DNA of 63,668 nt, counting the filler, from Bigelowiella natans CCMP2755 (Eukaryota; Protista; Cercozoa), in the NCBI GenBank assembly GCA_000320545.1. It is 4 parts of 4 records of this genome, joined end to end, with 100 filler letters (N's around TTAATTAATTAA, not from the genome) between each part and the next. Parts side by side here need not be neighbours in the genome. Positions count along the whole stretch, not along the records: positions 32,332 to 58,731 come from ADNK01001235.1; positions 58,832 to 63,668 come from ADNK01000471.1; 2 more parts are not named here. One strand, given 5' to 3'. Below are positions 49,040 to 62,872 of the stretch, piece after piece. The stretch's first letter is position 1, and every line of letters starts with the position of its first letter. Below the pieces are notes generated by a model that saw only the letters and a program-made list of their open reading frames with translations, had not been told where the DNA came from and searched no databases. Position numbers and translations under genes: made by a program.

Positions 49040-50160
49040 CTGGTGCTGGCTATTCTTATCACCTTTCCACACACTATGCATTGAAATGATTGTTGACGTA
49101 CGTTTCTCATTGTAATTCATACTCTTGTCCTCTCTTTCTTCTCTTCCCGCAGCTGGAGAAGCAGAACGATAAGAGCTTGAGCAAAGTCGCAAGTTGGCAT
49201 GCAAAGTACCTCGAGGCCATGGAAATGATCCAGCAGAAGAATACCGAGATCGAAGACCTTAAGAAGCTGATCGAGGAAGGAGAGAAGAAACTGAAGCTGC
49301 AGAAAAGTCTCTACGAGCAAGTGCGTGCTGACCGCAACTTCTTCAGTAAAAAGCACATCCAATCCCAGGACGAGATCGCTGAGATGAAGCAAAAGCATGA
49401 CATCATGAAGCATCAGATCGAGCAGCTTAAGGAGGCGGTGAAGCTCAAGGACAAGGCGCTCATCAACGAGCACTTTTCCTACCGCCAGCTGAGCGACGAG
49501 ATGAAAGTCAAGCAGCGACGGTCTGTCCTACTTGTAACTTGCTTGCAGATGCGCATGCATGACGAATACAACATCAAGTGTATCTTCATTAATTTCGATA
49601 TCGTTGCAGTTCCAAAGTAGTCCAATCGGCAGAGAGATAATCGACATAAAAAAAAGAACGCACTTAAATATAAAATAAGTACTAATTATACGAATAAGTA
49701 TATAAAATCAAATTCATAATATATCAGGCTGAACAAAAAGAATGAGGTGCTCGAAACCGCAGACAAGGTCCTCGCCAATCAGAACGAGGAGATCACGAAC
49801 CTACGCCGCACGCTGGAAGGGGCCGAATTCGAGCAGCAGCGCCAGAAGAAGATCTACGACGACGTGGTGCAAGAGAGAGATGTCCTCGCCGCGCAGTTGA
49901 TCCGCCGCAACGACGAGCTTGCCCTCCTCTATGAGAAGATCCGGATTCAGCAATCGACCTTGTCCAAGGGCGAGTCCCAGTACCGCGAGAGGGTTAAGGA
50001 CATCCAGCAGATGAGGCTGCAGCTCGGCAACGTGAAGCGCGAAATCACGATCAGGAATCAGGAGGTGGAGAACACGGAGACGCTAAAAAGCGAGCTGTAC
50101 AACGTGCAGAGGGAGCTCTTGCAGGAGAAAACCAAGGTGCCGTCACAATAATTGTATAAC

Positions 50161-50202
<42 letters not shown>

Positions 50203-51053
50203 TTCTCTCTTTCTCTTTTACACAGACACACGCACGCACAATGTATGTATGCGTATGCGTGTGCAAGGAGTCTTAACGTTGGAGTGTCTATCGTGCGTTG
50301 TGTAATACTCATCCATCCATTGGCTTTATTCCTCAGGTGAAAGCGCTCTCCGAGGAGCTTGAGAATCCGATGAACGTCCACCGGTGGCGGCAATTAGAGG
50401 GCAGTGATCCTAAGCGCTGGGAGCTCATCCAGAAGATACAGACGCTGCAGAAGCGCTTGATCCTGAAAACTGAGGAGGCCGAGGAAAAAAATTCGTTGCT
50501 GCAAGAGAAGGAAAAGCTCTATGTGGAGCTCAAGAACATCCTCGCGCGGCAGCCAGGGCCAGAGGTGGCGGAGCAGCTTAGCATATACCAGCAGAACCTG
50601 AAGGAGAAGACACGGCAGATGAAGTCAATGGCTGCGGAACTAAATATGCAACAGGCACAAGTTGCGGAGTATCGGTACGACATTCTCTGCTAGTTGTTGT
50701 TGCTGTTACGGCCACTTTTCTACTACTACTACTACTGCTGCCTCTTTTTAGAAATATAGAGCGATGTGTTTTTCGGACTATGGAAACTTGAATCTCACTG
50801 TTAAACGTACCACCCCCCCCTTTCCCCTTTCCCTTCTAGCTACGAAATAGAACGCCTCTCCCGCGAGCTCCAGGACAACAAAAAGAAGTTCTACGAACAG
50901 AAGAGGAAAGGCCAGATCCAGAAGGAGATCATGCGAGAGACGCAGAGAGAAGATCCGATCATCTCACATCAACAGAGATTTCACGCGACTCAACCCAAAG
51001 TAGCTGGTGGCGGGTTCAATCTCGCCCCAAAGCAGGCCATTCTGCAGCCTTAG
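47086..51053 (+). CDS. CFAP58: Cilia- and flagella-associated protein 58 (coiled coil)
   Basis: LEKFREEYQKLYTALQKSHRSEQKLIEKC; YEQVRADRNFFSK; ERDVLAAQLIRRNDELALLYEKIRIQQSTL; ALSEELENPMNVHRWRQLEGSDP; LARQPGPEVAEQL; C-terminal GGGFNL. CCACCATG start context. Confidence 0.95.
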
Positions 51054-51199
51054 GTCTCACCTTGGTGTGTGCTGTAAGAGGCTGCCTTAAATACTTGCGA
51101 GGTTGCTAACGAATCATAGATAGTAGAGCAGGAGAGGGTCGTTTATGTACTAAAAATTGTACTTCCTAAAGTAGTGGGTAGATTTATTCATGATCCATC

Positions 51200-52050
51200 G
51201 CATGAATTGTTAGCTAAGTGTCGCTCGAATTGGGCGTGGCAGCTGGCAACTAGCAACTAGTGTAGACGCATGCAATGCACATTGTACATATGATTAGCAT
51301 CATCACATGTGTTGTTGCATCCATCATTGGGACACTTTGTCAAGTTTCAAACTGCGGGAAAAGCGTGTGCACCGCCACTTTTCCATGCGACCGTGGGCAG
51401 ACACAATCGCAATGCACGTTGCATGTATGAGATGGATGTAAACAATCGCAATGCACGTTGCATGTATGCAACTGCATGTGCGCACACACATGTTTGCGAC
51501 ACACAACAGTTGCATGCACTTGCCCAAAAGTGGGATGCAATGCGCAAGAAAATCGAGCTGTGTGTGCATCATGCACGTCTAGACGTGCCATGATCGACGT
51601 ACGTACGGCGCTGTGTCGCTGTGTCGCACATGCAATTCCGCCACGCCACGTGCAGCTTGTAGATGTGGTGTGCAATCTATGCGCACTGGCTACGTGCCCA
51701 TGCACATGCTATAGCATGCATGACACGCTACAAGTGTTGCATGTGCATGATGCATGCTAGCCATGGTCGGCTGACAACAAACTGCGACGTGCACGCACAT
51801 TTCAACAATGCTATCTACAGTGTCGTAAACGCACTGGTGCCAAATCTATCTAGACGTATGTCATACGAGTCGACACTGCGCTGTGCGTAAGCGTGTGGAT
51901 GCGTGTAATACTACAATGCATGCGCTGCAATACAGCTGAGCCGATACATGCATACATATATACGTAATGCTCACATAAGATGGCATGCGTCTACCATGCC
52001 GCCACCCATGCTAGCATGCTCCCACGCGGTAACCACAGTGTGCTGGCGCC
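51200..52050. repeat. Intergenic purine/pyrimidine-alternating island
   Basis: Very TGCA/CATG-rich; perfect 27-bp direct repeat ACAATCGCAATGCACGTTGCATGTATG at 51403 and 51442. Confidence 0.75.
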
Positions 52051-52156
52051 TTCGTTATATTTTTGCTGATTATCACAGCAAATGATACGTGCTGTCAGTA
52101 CATACAATGTTTTGCATTACGACATCGTCGACTTTCTCTGATCCGATATAATTTGG

Positions 52157-53148
52157 TCAAAGACCATTCATGGCCCATCTTATGATGTCATCGACGGTGT
52201 TCCATACCGCAATGAAGAATTTCAACGCGGTGTTTTGGTAGTTCTGAATCGAAGCTCTCTCTGGCTGTATCCGCACGTGGATTTTTCGAGTCTTCGGGTC
52301 CTCAATGACCCGCTTTGTACTTACAGGCGTATCATAAATCTGAACGTATGTCAAACGAAATTGAGATAAAAAAGGGGGGGGGGCTTGGATTGCACGTCCA
52401 GTTTAATGTGTTGCCCATGCATTTATAAGTAGTACCTTCACAGCTCCCCCACACCTCCTTTTGCTACGGTCGTTTCTCGGCAGCACGTTTACTGTGATCT
52501 TTCTCCCGGTACTGTTATCCCTGGCAAAGAAGTAATCCGGATGGAGAAAACTCAAAATCATAACTAGTTAGACATACGAGCGCGATGCTTATAGAAATAT
52601 AAAAAATATAAACATGCACCAAACTTCCTACAACGCCGAAGGTACATAAAGGCTTTTGTATATAATCACTTGTTGGCACGAATGACGGCAGTCGCCTGCG
52701 ATGTATCTGGCAAAGCGCTCTCATCGTGCATTCGGTAATTGGGAAATAAAGAATCAACATCCCAAGCTGTGTTTGTGGTACATGATTTCGGCTCGGCCGG
52801 GTCGGTGGAGGTGGAACCTATGTTGCAGCAGGGCGACAGAAGACCACGACTCCGGCGTGATCTCCCGCACCTCGTAGCTCACAACCATGCTGTTTGATGA
52901 CTCCCATTGCGGTACCTTATATCGCAATCAACACGTACGCATAAGAAATAAACTGAGGCAATTACAGTGGCATCCGTTGCATTCCCCTATCCCCGCAAAA
53001 ATAACTACCATTTTCAGGCACTCGCGGCCAAGGAACGGCACCGTTTGGTTGTATAGCAGGATCTGCTTTATTTTCCCCTGATTGATGGCGTACATATAAA
53101 GACGCATTCAAATATTATGGATAATATATAATGCGTGTGTGTCTGTGT

Positions 53149-53190
<42 letters not shown>

Positions 53191-54854
53191 GGGGAGCGTA
53201 TTCGCAGCATAAATCGATCCTCCATTGTAGTTGCTCAAAAACTGACATCAAATGTGCATTATAGTGTTGACCTGCCATTCATTCGTCCAAGGATTGACCT
53301 CCTTCTCCACCTGCCTCAGTCGCCGCGTCCTTAGCACTTTATGGAATGTCGCAGCAGGGATTCTTAACTCACGATGCCCCTTTGAAGCCTGTGACGAATG
53401 CAATACAGCAAGGCCCACGGCTATTTATATCATTCCAAGCAAAAACTAGTGGCATGCTGCTCGAAACGAATAAGGTATTTCTATTATCTTCTTTTTTCCC
53501 CCGGTGCTTTGTCGCGGCCGTGAGTCCCGCCGTCTTGCATTCTTACATAATTTTCCATGTTTGTTCTCAATTTTTAACTACTTAATTGGTATACGGTGAT
53601 GACTACTATCAATGCTAGGAGCGCGGACGTGCTTGACCTTTCGAACAAGGCTAAATGATCCTTCTTTTTCCTGCATCAAAGTCGATTTCTGCTGGCCGAG
53701 TACCTCCCGGCTTATATTCTCCAACCATTTGTCCTCCACCTCTTTCTCATCCTCCTCCTCCTCTTCCTCGGCCGCCGACTCCGCTTTCATGGACGATGTT
53801 TTCAGACTACTCGGGAGTTCCTCAAGCTTCTTTCCGGATGGCTGACCTTCTTGAAGAAGAATTATCGATTGAGCCACCCATAGATTAGAAAGGAGATATA
53901 AGGAGGTGGGGGGGGGGTAACACGCGTATTACTTACTACCTACGGCTGATGCTGATTTGCTATCACCATATTCCTGAGGTTGTCACAGACAGAACCAGGT
54001 TCAAGTGAAAGAAGACACAGAGCAACATCCCACGTATAGCAAACACAGCGCGTTGTTCGCGATCATTGCTTCACCATACCCGATGATGCGTGGCGCCAAC
54101 ATGCCTCATCTCCTCGGCGTGCCTGTAAACGACGCGAGGCGAACACGATATATGTTCACTATCCCTCTTTCGGATCTAATTTTAAGTTTAAGGTGATCGT
54201 AGCAACTGACCAGACAAGGTAGGAACCCCCACTCCCGCCCCCGTGAAGCCTTTTGATATCTTCGCGTGGAGCCGTACGCCTGGCAAGCCAAAACATGCAA
54301 ATTTAGCAATCCGATGGAATATGCCGGGTGGATATTAGGAAAGATGCTGCTACCAGGAGGATCTGGTATGGAGGAGCTCCCTGTCATTGAAGGCGTAAAC
54401 CAGCCATGCGGCAAAAAGCAAGCTCCACGAAGCCTGGCGAGAAGAGAAGGCTATGAGCCTATCTACATAAATAATGAATGTATACGACAAATAACCAGAA
54501 TTTTCATGCCAGCGGTCTAATGAATATGTTTCCGGCTATCGCGCAAACCCCCCCCGGGGGCCTAGCTTTCCGATCCTCGGCGTGGTAGGCGAGCGCACGT
54601 GGCGAGCGTTGTTCCGTTGGGGGAGAGGTCTGAGTCAGGTCTGTTCGAAGGTGTGTTTCGATTGTTGCCTTTTGTGGAATTTTACTACCCGAAGAACATC
54701 CTAGATATATGCATATACTTCGAGGACTACAAGTTGTCTTAATGGATGAAAACATCTTGCATTAATTCAGTGTGGGATACAGTCTATTTCCGACCTGGTG
54801 ATGGTTATGCTTGGTGCAGGCGGATGCAATATTTTCTCCCAAAGAAAAAGACAT
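52157..54854 (-). CDS. Multi-exon hypothetical protein (start tentative)
   Basis: GT-AG-bounded exons: AAWLVYAFNDRELLHTRSSW, ASKGHRELRIPAATFHKVLR...NPWTNEWQ, GKIKQILLYNQTVPFLGRECLKM, VMILSFLHPDYFFARDNSTG, and a last exon YVQIYDTPVSTKRVIEDP...WAMNGL*. Confidence 0.5.
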
Positions 54855-55378
54855 TTTAATTCATGGTAAAATATCTATTTTGCAGTCACAATTTAGTTTA
54901 GTGTTGCTAATATTGTATTTTCTCTGCGTGCGGTTGGGGAGCTTCTCCAAGCGACTTCCGTGCCCCCCCTCTCTACTGAGTTGAAAGAAGCCAACGCAGC
55001 GACGCGGCGACGCGTACGTGCCGGTGTGCCTTGTGTAATTCCTGTGTGCGAATTTTTGGTGCTCCATGTGCTTGCTTTGTGCATGCTCTGTGTGCTTTGT
55101 GTGGATGCGTCGTGCATGTTTGACATTGGGCGAAAGGTGGAGCTTTGAGTGTAAAAAGCGATAGACAATCCAATCTCAGCACCAATGTGGCAACACATGT
55201 CATCAGCTGCGCTCTTATCACATCCCTACCCTTCCTCCTCTCCCTCCCTTCTTCCTTTTGTCTTCCTCCAGGCTGCGAATACTTCCGAGGTCAGTCACAC
55301 TAAACGCGTGCAGGAGGTGTGCACAAGACAGGGTTCTGCCCTTCCCCAGCGCTACCAGCAGTAGCAGCAACAAGCAGT

Positions 55379-56898
55379 ATGCTTTTTCACACACAAGGAA
55401 GAACCATTGTCGAATGGTCTCCGCACTACACCTCCCGCTTCGCTTTTGCGTCCCGAAACATCCTCCTCTACGACATCGTGGATAATAGCGAGGAGGCAGA
55501 TGGGGGGGGGGAGGTCGCCGCCGCTGAGATTCTCAAGAACAATCATTCATCGTTGGACGACGAGAAGAAAAGGGGGAGTAGTAGCAAGTATAGCAGCGCC
55601 CCTTCTACACGAGACTACATCGATATTTCTCGCAGCAGAGGGGGGGATAACGATGCTCCCCCCCCCCGTCAGAATCATCCCGATATAGCGGCTGTAGGTA
55701 ACCACCGTATGAAGCTTGTTGATACAGTGGCTGTTGCTGATCCCGTTCGATGCCTCGAATGGTCGCCGGATCCGGTACCACACAGCAACAACGACCGAAC
55801 AACAGCTTTCTTTTTCACGCACGAGGAGGAGGGAAAACCTGTGTATTTTCTTTTCTAAATCCCGTATGGTAAATGATCATTATTGAGCTATAGATTACCA
55901 TTATCAAGGTGTGAAAAAGGTTATAATTTTTTTGACAAACACACCTGTTCTTGTCGATCCTGCCTTTTACTTGAAGAACCAACCGGAGTTGTTCGCCGTG
56001 GCGACGGTCGGGAGTTTGTCGCTGCTGCGTTTTCAGTACGGAAAGGTGAGCAACCAGGCCCCGTCGATGTGTTGTGAGCGATGTGCGTGTACTAGCAATT
56101 CAAAGGCAGCACGCAAAGCTTTGTGGCGATCGTGCTGAATCCCCTCTTCACCATTCGTAATAATCTCCATAAACGCACACGCAGCGTGTGCTCGTAGACT
56201 GTGCCCCCCGGTTCCGAGCGAGCTGCAATGCTCTGTCCTGGAATCCTTTCGACCCATCGAAGCTGGCCGTTGGTACTAGCAACAATTAGTCGCGATAGCG
56301 GCAGAGACAGTAGTAGTAAGAGGCGGATGCGAAGAAGAAGAAGAAGAAGAAGCAGAAGGGAGATTTCCAATGATCTTTGATCGTCGTCCATTCTTATCGA
56401 AACTTGATTATCCTCGCTCCACCCCATCTCCCCTCCCTAGGCCTAGACAAGACACGTACCTCTTACTCAACCCTGGTATTCGACATCGCGAGGGAGACGA
56501 CCGCGGGTGATAATATGGTCAACTCCGCAGCAGCAGCCGGAGGAGGTGGAGGTGGAGGTGGAGGAGGAGGAGGAGGGGCAGGAGGGGGGGGAGGGGGGGC
56601 AGGTGGCGCGATATCAAAAGGAACATCCATCCCAAACGCTGCTCTTAGTGGTGTGCGGCAGCGACAGCTTGGAGGAGAGACCGGGGCGATGATCCGCGGA
56701 GAGAGGGGGGCTGGGCAGCAACAGCAGCAGCCGCAGCAGCAGCAGCAACAACAACAACAACAAGGAGGGGGAGGGAAAGGAGGTGGGGGTCACGAGTGGG
56801 GCCGACCGTATCGTCAGATGTCGTTTTGTGAAACCACTTCGGCTTTGAAATGGTTTCCGACTGAGCGCAGCGTCCTTGGGGTATGTTTTGTGTGCGCT

Positions 56899-56936
<38 letters not shown>

Positions 56937-57259
56937 CGAGCACGGACGGCGCAGCTTTTACTACTCTTCTTTTCCTCTTCACCGCCTCTCTCGCTCTCTT
57001 ACCACCCTCCCTATTCCTCCTCCTCCTCCTGTCCTTAGGTTGGAACCAACAGGTGGCTGCGAGTATACGACGTTAGAACGGACCTCAAGAAGGTGCTGTT
57101 GCTTGTTGTTCGCGAGTAGTAGTAGCAGTAGTAGTAGCAGTTTAGTTGTAGTAATAGTAGTGTAGATTCAACCATTTCCTTCGCTAAGATCGATTGTTTG
57201 CTTCACAGCTTCCAAGGACGGTGATGGCTCATAATCGACTAGTTACGGGGTATGTAAAA

Positions 57260-57302
<43 letters not shown>

Positions 57303-58250
57303 GTATATACATATATACTATTGGACATTCTGAGGCGTTCGCATTTGTTGCATTATCATCATCATCATAACCATGACAATTACCTGATACACTATGGCCC
57401 TATCCTGATGTTCTACCGTCACAACGAATATAGACTTGAGTTCGACCACGCGTCCCCATGGCGGCTTGCAACCTACGCCGAAGAGGTGTCAATGCAAAGA
57501 GGCGAAAACGATAAGGAGGGGGGGGAGGAGGAGGAGAGGGGAGAGAGAGAATGGACTGTTTTTACTAGAAATGAAAACTGCAAAATGTAGATCATGGGTA
57601 GTAGCCAAAGTACCATTGGAGAGTGGGATCTTCCTCTTCTCCGGCAAAAGCTATTTCGAGTTTTCCTCCTCCTCCTCCTCCTCCTCCTCCTCCTCCTCCT
57701 CCTCCCCATCTCTTCCTCGAATTTTCCCTCCCTGCTTCCTTCCATTTCTCCGCTCTATATCACCAAATATGTAGTCCCCCCTCCCCCCCCCTTGTTTTTG
57801 CTACTACTACTGCCGCCCATCTGTTTCTTCCTGTTGACGATTGACCCTCCTCGATTTGCGTATAATACATTGCCCAGCCGACGGTGAAAATATGGGACAC
57901 AAGGTTCTTGAGAACGCCAATCAGCAGGTAATGCGTACGCGGCTGCTGCGGATGCAGCTTTAGTACTACTACTACTACTATTACTACTACTACTCTCACT
58001 ACTATGTTATTTGTTTTTTAAATGAAAATGAGAAATCATGCTAGCAGCAATGCTGCTACTACATGGCGCCATCGTCACCCTAGTCACCACCGCTGTCACC
58101 GCTGCCACCGCTTCTTAATGCTCACTGTCATCGTTATCACATTATCTAATTATACCATCAAGATTTGAAGTGGAGAGCAATCCTGTGAGCGTGCGCTGGG
58201 CGCCGTACAGAGCGGATCTGCTCTCGGTTGCAAAATGAAGATATTTATAA

Positions 58251-58289
<39 letters not shown>

Positions 58290-58731
58290 TGAACAATCTG
58301 TATCTACCTACGGAGACAATATGCACAATGTTCTCCTCGCCTCTCCCACTTTCAAGTAGTTTTGCTGCTGTATTTCCTCACCGGACCATTGTCCATATAT
58401 GTAAATTCATTTATATTTATATTTACCTATCGAACATGATGCGATGAAACCGTCTACGAATTGTCCTCCTCAGGTTATCACAGAGGGCAACATGGAGGTG
58501 CGATTTTTCGAGCTTGGAAAGAAATCGTCGTCGTCAACACCGACGACACCGACGACACCGACGACACCGACGACCAATTTCGCCACGTCGAAGCACGATT
58601 ACCTACCACCTTTCCAAGCTCCTCTGGGCGCCATTCTTGCCAGGAAGGGAACGCCGCGCAGGTGTTGAGAAGGGGGGGGAGGGGGTAGAAAGAGAGAGAG
58701 AGAAAGGAAGGGAGTGAAGGAGAGGGAGGAG
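55379..58731 (+). CDS. MIOS: GATOR2 complex WD40 protein MIOS/Mio/Sea4-like (3' part lost in the gap)
   Basis: IVEWSPHYTSRFAFASRNILLYDI; VRCLEWSPD; GLDKTRTSYSTLVFDI; TSALKWFPTERSVL|VGTNRWLRVYDVR; PTVKIWDTRFL; VRWAPYRADLL. Order and wording follow the MIOS N-terminal propeller. Confidence 0.8.
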
Positions 58732-58831
58732 NNNNNNNNNNNNNNNNNNNNNNNNNNNNNNNNNNNNNNNNNNNNTTAATTAATTAANNNNNNNNNNNNN
58801 NNNNNNNNNNNNNNNNNNNNNNNNNNNNNNN
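58732..58831. other. Scaffold gap with TTAATTAATTAA spacer (58776-58787)
   Basis: N-run. Confidence 0.97.
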
Positions 58832-58934
58832 CCCGGTATCGGTTTTGGGGGAATGGCCCCTCGGAGAATAATAAAATGGGGGGTTTTCCCCCCTCCGAAA
58901 ATTTCTTGCTCAGTTTGCGCATAGAAAGCAGGTC

Positions 58935-58989
<55 letters not shown>

Positions 58990-59167
58990 CTCTCGCTCTC
59001 TCGCTCTCTCTCTCTCTCCCTCCCCCCCCCCCCCCTGGCCTCCCCACTCCCAAATCCAACACAAGACAGGATCGTTTGCCACGCAGTTGCGAGTAGTGCC
59101 ATGTGCGCGCCACTGAAAACTAATACTTTCCCCTGCTCATGTGCTTCAATAATTCATTTCTCGCAGC

Positions 59168-59385
59168 TGGTGCTGAAGATCTTGAGCTACTTGGATATCG
59201 CACGGGATAGGACTCGTGGGATCCGCGTATTCCTCAAGCAGGTCTTCGTCGAGGAAGCTAAGACGATGTCCCCGCCTACAGTGGTAACAGAGATGATTAT
59301 TACTATACTAACAATCACAACGATGGCTTCCATTGCGCTACTGCAACTAGCGATACATGGTGGAGCAGCAGGGTGGAACAGACAA

Positions 59386-59426
<41 letters not shown>

Positions 59427-61953
59427 GAAATAGCAAGAATGGTCATAAAAGCCCAATTCTAAACCATGTCCATCCGCACTTTGTCTGGCTATATTTCTGT
59501 CGCAAGGAGTGGACTGCGGAGGAAACCGAGACGTTGATTCGCGGCGTTCGAAAGCACGACGCGAGGTGGCGGGCGGTCTTATCAGATCCCGGGTTTCACT
59601 TCCATCCCTCTCGCACAAGGACCGACCTGAGTAATAATCACTCGAAGCGTAGCATGGATATAATTTGGGGGCAGCGGTAGCAATGCCCTGGAGAGTTTCT
59701 GTAAAGTTTTTCTTTCCAGCGTTTTTGGTGTTCGTCCGTATTGCACGAGGATGCATTTGATGATCATCATCTATCCTCTCTCTCTCTCTCTCTCCCTCCC
59801 TCTGATATGGAAATGCGTGCTTTGAAGCTGCTGCCGCTAGGTGTTGCGTGTTCCTCCATTTTAAGCTTCCCCCACCCTTTGAACCCCCTCTGATAGGTAA
59901 ACGATGGAATGTGCTACTAAAGCTCTTCCAAGCACAAAAGAAGGAGAAAGAGGAAGCTGCAGCAGCTGCTCAAATAAGAGAAGAACAGCAAAAGGGGGCT
60001 AATGAGAGCGACGGGGTAACTTTGCAGTGTCGAGTGTGGAGCAGCGCGTGCAGGCATTTCTCGCACGATAATTTTGACCCTCAGTTATATCTGCTGCTTT
60101 CATGATGACACTTTCCCGCTCGCTAACACCGAGTGCTTGTCGCTAATTATAGGCCCGTCTGAACGAGGAGAAGACAGTCGTTGTCCCCAATCTCCCATCG
60201 TCCTCAATCCAGGTTTATGCATGCCATGGATTTGTGCGTGCTAAACAAGAGAGTTGTGCATGTATGACTTCTACAGTATAAGGCTTAATAACCTACCTCA
60301 TCCTTCGCACCCGCTGCACCATTTTTGCGCTAATTTCTCCCTAAAACCTGCGTATTCTCGCCTGCCTGAAAACTGAGGCTCATCACCATTTCCAGGCCGC
60401 CGCTGCTGCTACGAGTGGACATCTGGCAGTAGGCTACGATGGTACAAAAACCGCACGGAGAAGCACCGCCGGTGCGAGGCTTCTCAGCCAAAGTGCGCGC
60501 GTCAAGGCGTCTGCTGTTGGGACAACTGATAGTGCCCGGAAACTTGCTGATTCCGGTGTACAATCGTCTCGCGCCCGACCGCAATATGAAACGGGTCCGG
60601 ACTCGCTCTTAGATACGGCGAAGGGAGAGACGAAGAAAAGGAGAGGGGCAGAGGATACGGGGGAAATGAAGAAGATAATGGGCATGATCAAGGTACTGAG
60701 CAGCGACACCGCAGCTAAGGCTGGCAGCACGATTGCAGGCGAAGGTACTCCTGAGAAAGACAGCGGGAGAGTCAAGGTCGCGGCAGAGCACGAGCGTGTT
60801 CTTGAAGGCGTGGAGATCGATACGTGCCCGGAAACCCTTGGAGCTGAACCTCTCTGTGAGACCGGCTCTGATGGTAGATGCCTCAAGTGCGGCGGAATTC
60901 GAACGCGCCACAGTGAGGATGCGGAGAAGGGAGACGACGTGGCCGCCGACATGTGCCCTATAAACCTGGGGGTCAAGAATGAAAATGCGATCAGCAGCAT
61001 TATTGGAACAATGGCCGGGCTGGATCTAGTACCGGAAGCTACCACCGTCAATGACTCCTCCGCCAGCCAGCAAGATGGGGGGAGACTACAAGTTGAGAAG
61101 AAGCTTGATGTGTCAGAATCAATGGACGACTACGACGACGACGACGATTACAACGACGATGACGACGAATTCGGTATGAACCAAATCCATGCATAATATA
61201 CTCAGAAGAGCTTTGGAGAAACTACCGATAGTTTTCGTCTCAAATGGACGAAAACTGTCGGGGTTTCCATGAGATTTTAACCTTGAATCGAAAATACAAG
61301 CGAGGAAACCATTCTGTTGTTTTCCAAAACAAATCCCGTGCCATGATTGAGGACGAAAGAAGTCTCTATACTTCCACATACACACAAATCAAAAATATAA
61401 TTTGATGGTAATTTTTCGAGACACGATAGTGCGTGTAACATGCATGAAATTACATTTACGCAATTAACAAAACCTCAGCAACAAGCAACCGACCTTCTAC
61501 CATACCAAACGAATCGAGAGAAACATGATTTGTGTTGTTTACCTTAGATGAGAAAGCACTGTCAGCCGCTAAGAACACCAATGTTGGCAGTAGTGCGAGG
61601 GGCAAGAATGGTGAAGGCTCGGGCGCAAAGCTCTCAGTTGATGGCATCGGATTCGACCATTCGGTAAGATGTACACGCAAACACATGCATGCTATGAGTT
61701 CTGAAATTTAGTCATACTTTGTAGCTAGTACCTTCGCGCGCGCCTGTGTGATGGTGTATGCTACGTTTTTATCCATTTATTGTCCGTGTTTGAATTTGGT
61801 TTTTCATGTGTGCAGGTGAATTATGAATTCGAGGATGAATCGTCACTGATGGTCTCGGATGACGAGGGCGGTGGCGTGAGAGGTGCCAGAAACTTCTCTC
61901 CAACTACCTCACATGCAGGGCGGGTTTTGGAGGAGAGTTTTGGGGTGAATTAG
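59168..61953 (+). CDS. Protein with a telobox-type (TRF-like) single Myb domain; 5' end missing or uncertain
   Basis: KEWTAEETETLIRGVRKHDARWRAVLSDPGFHFHPSRTRTDL|SKRWNVLLK across the intron ~59632-59897; long low-complexity exon ~60376-61175; last exon VNYEFEDE...FGVN* (stop 61951-61953). Confidence 0.7.
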
Positions 61954-61959
61954 TGCCAG

Positions 61960-62850
61960 ACGCAATGGCCCAGCAAGTGGAGGGGAGCAGAGAGTGCACC
62001 TTGCTAGCTTGACATGAACTCTGAACCATGTCATTGCACATTGTCCATTGCAAAATTGTTATGCACAGTAGAACACATGGTACTGACAGTAGAAACCATC
62101 TTCATGCCTCGAACGTCTCTATAACTATGGCTGCCATCTAGCCATGTCAAAAATGCAACATGCACGCCAACAACAATGTGTGCATCGCACCAAACAACAT
62201 CGATGCTGGTTCGCATTGGATCTGCATAAAGCAGCGGACGGCGGGACCATCTAGACATGTGACTAGCTACTAGATCGATTTTCACGACAAAGGCCTGCTG
62301 CTGCGATTAAAGTGCTGTCTGCGGATGGAGCAAATTGATTGCAACGTGCAGAATCGTGTTGTTGCACTTTCGATCACCGATACGATGACGATGCAAACAT
62401 TCAAACTGCTAGACTGGTGAAACCACCAGCGTGCAGCAATCATTGAACAACATCTGGCGTGCAAGCTGCAAACATCACTCGGCTAGGTGCATGTCGCAAT
62501 GGTAGAATGCTAGAATGGTGTGCACAGCTAGACGAAGGCGGCTCTTTTGTGTTACGTTGTGTTGTGCGCACACGCGTGTGTGCTGTGTGCGTGCGCGTAT
62601 ATGCTATATGCTAGCATATATTGCAACGTGCCATTTTGTGCTGCGCACGTTCATCATTGATTATTTATGCAATTGTTGATTCATGCCATCCAATCCTTGC
62701 ATTTGTACATCTACAATAAGAGCTGCATACGCATTGTGTTCAGTGCACACGCACTGCCAGACACAACGTACAGCCGCTGCGATGCTGCATGCTGCAGCAA
62801 ATGTTTCAAATGCAGAACTAAGAGACGTGCATCGTATGCAACGACTTTAC
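61960..62850. repeat. Intergenic purine/pyrimidine-alternating island
   Basis: TGCA/CATG/CTAG-rich spacer between convergent stops (61953 and 62873). Confidence 0.7.
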
Positions 62851-62872
62851 CTAATCACGGGTTAATAATTAT

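Noticed and set aside
27759-58731. V-ATPase a and MIOS (both lysosomal TORC1 pathway) in one window
   Set aside because: About 23 kb apart with unrelated genes between; no evidence of a functional cluster.
59168-59200. LVLKILSYLD as an F-box
   Set aside because: The upstream LP-x-E part of the motif is not supported by the preceding exon.
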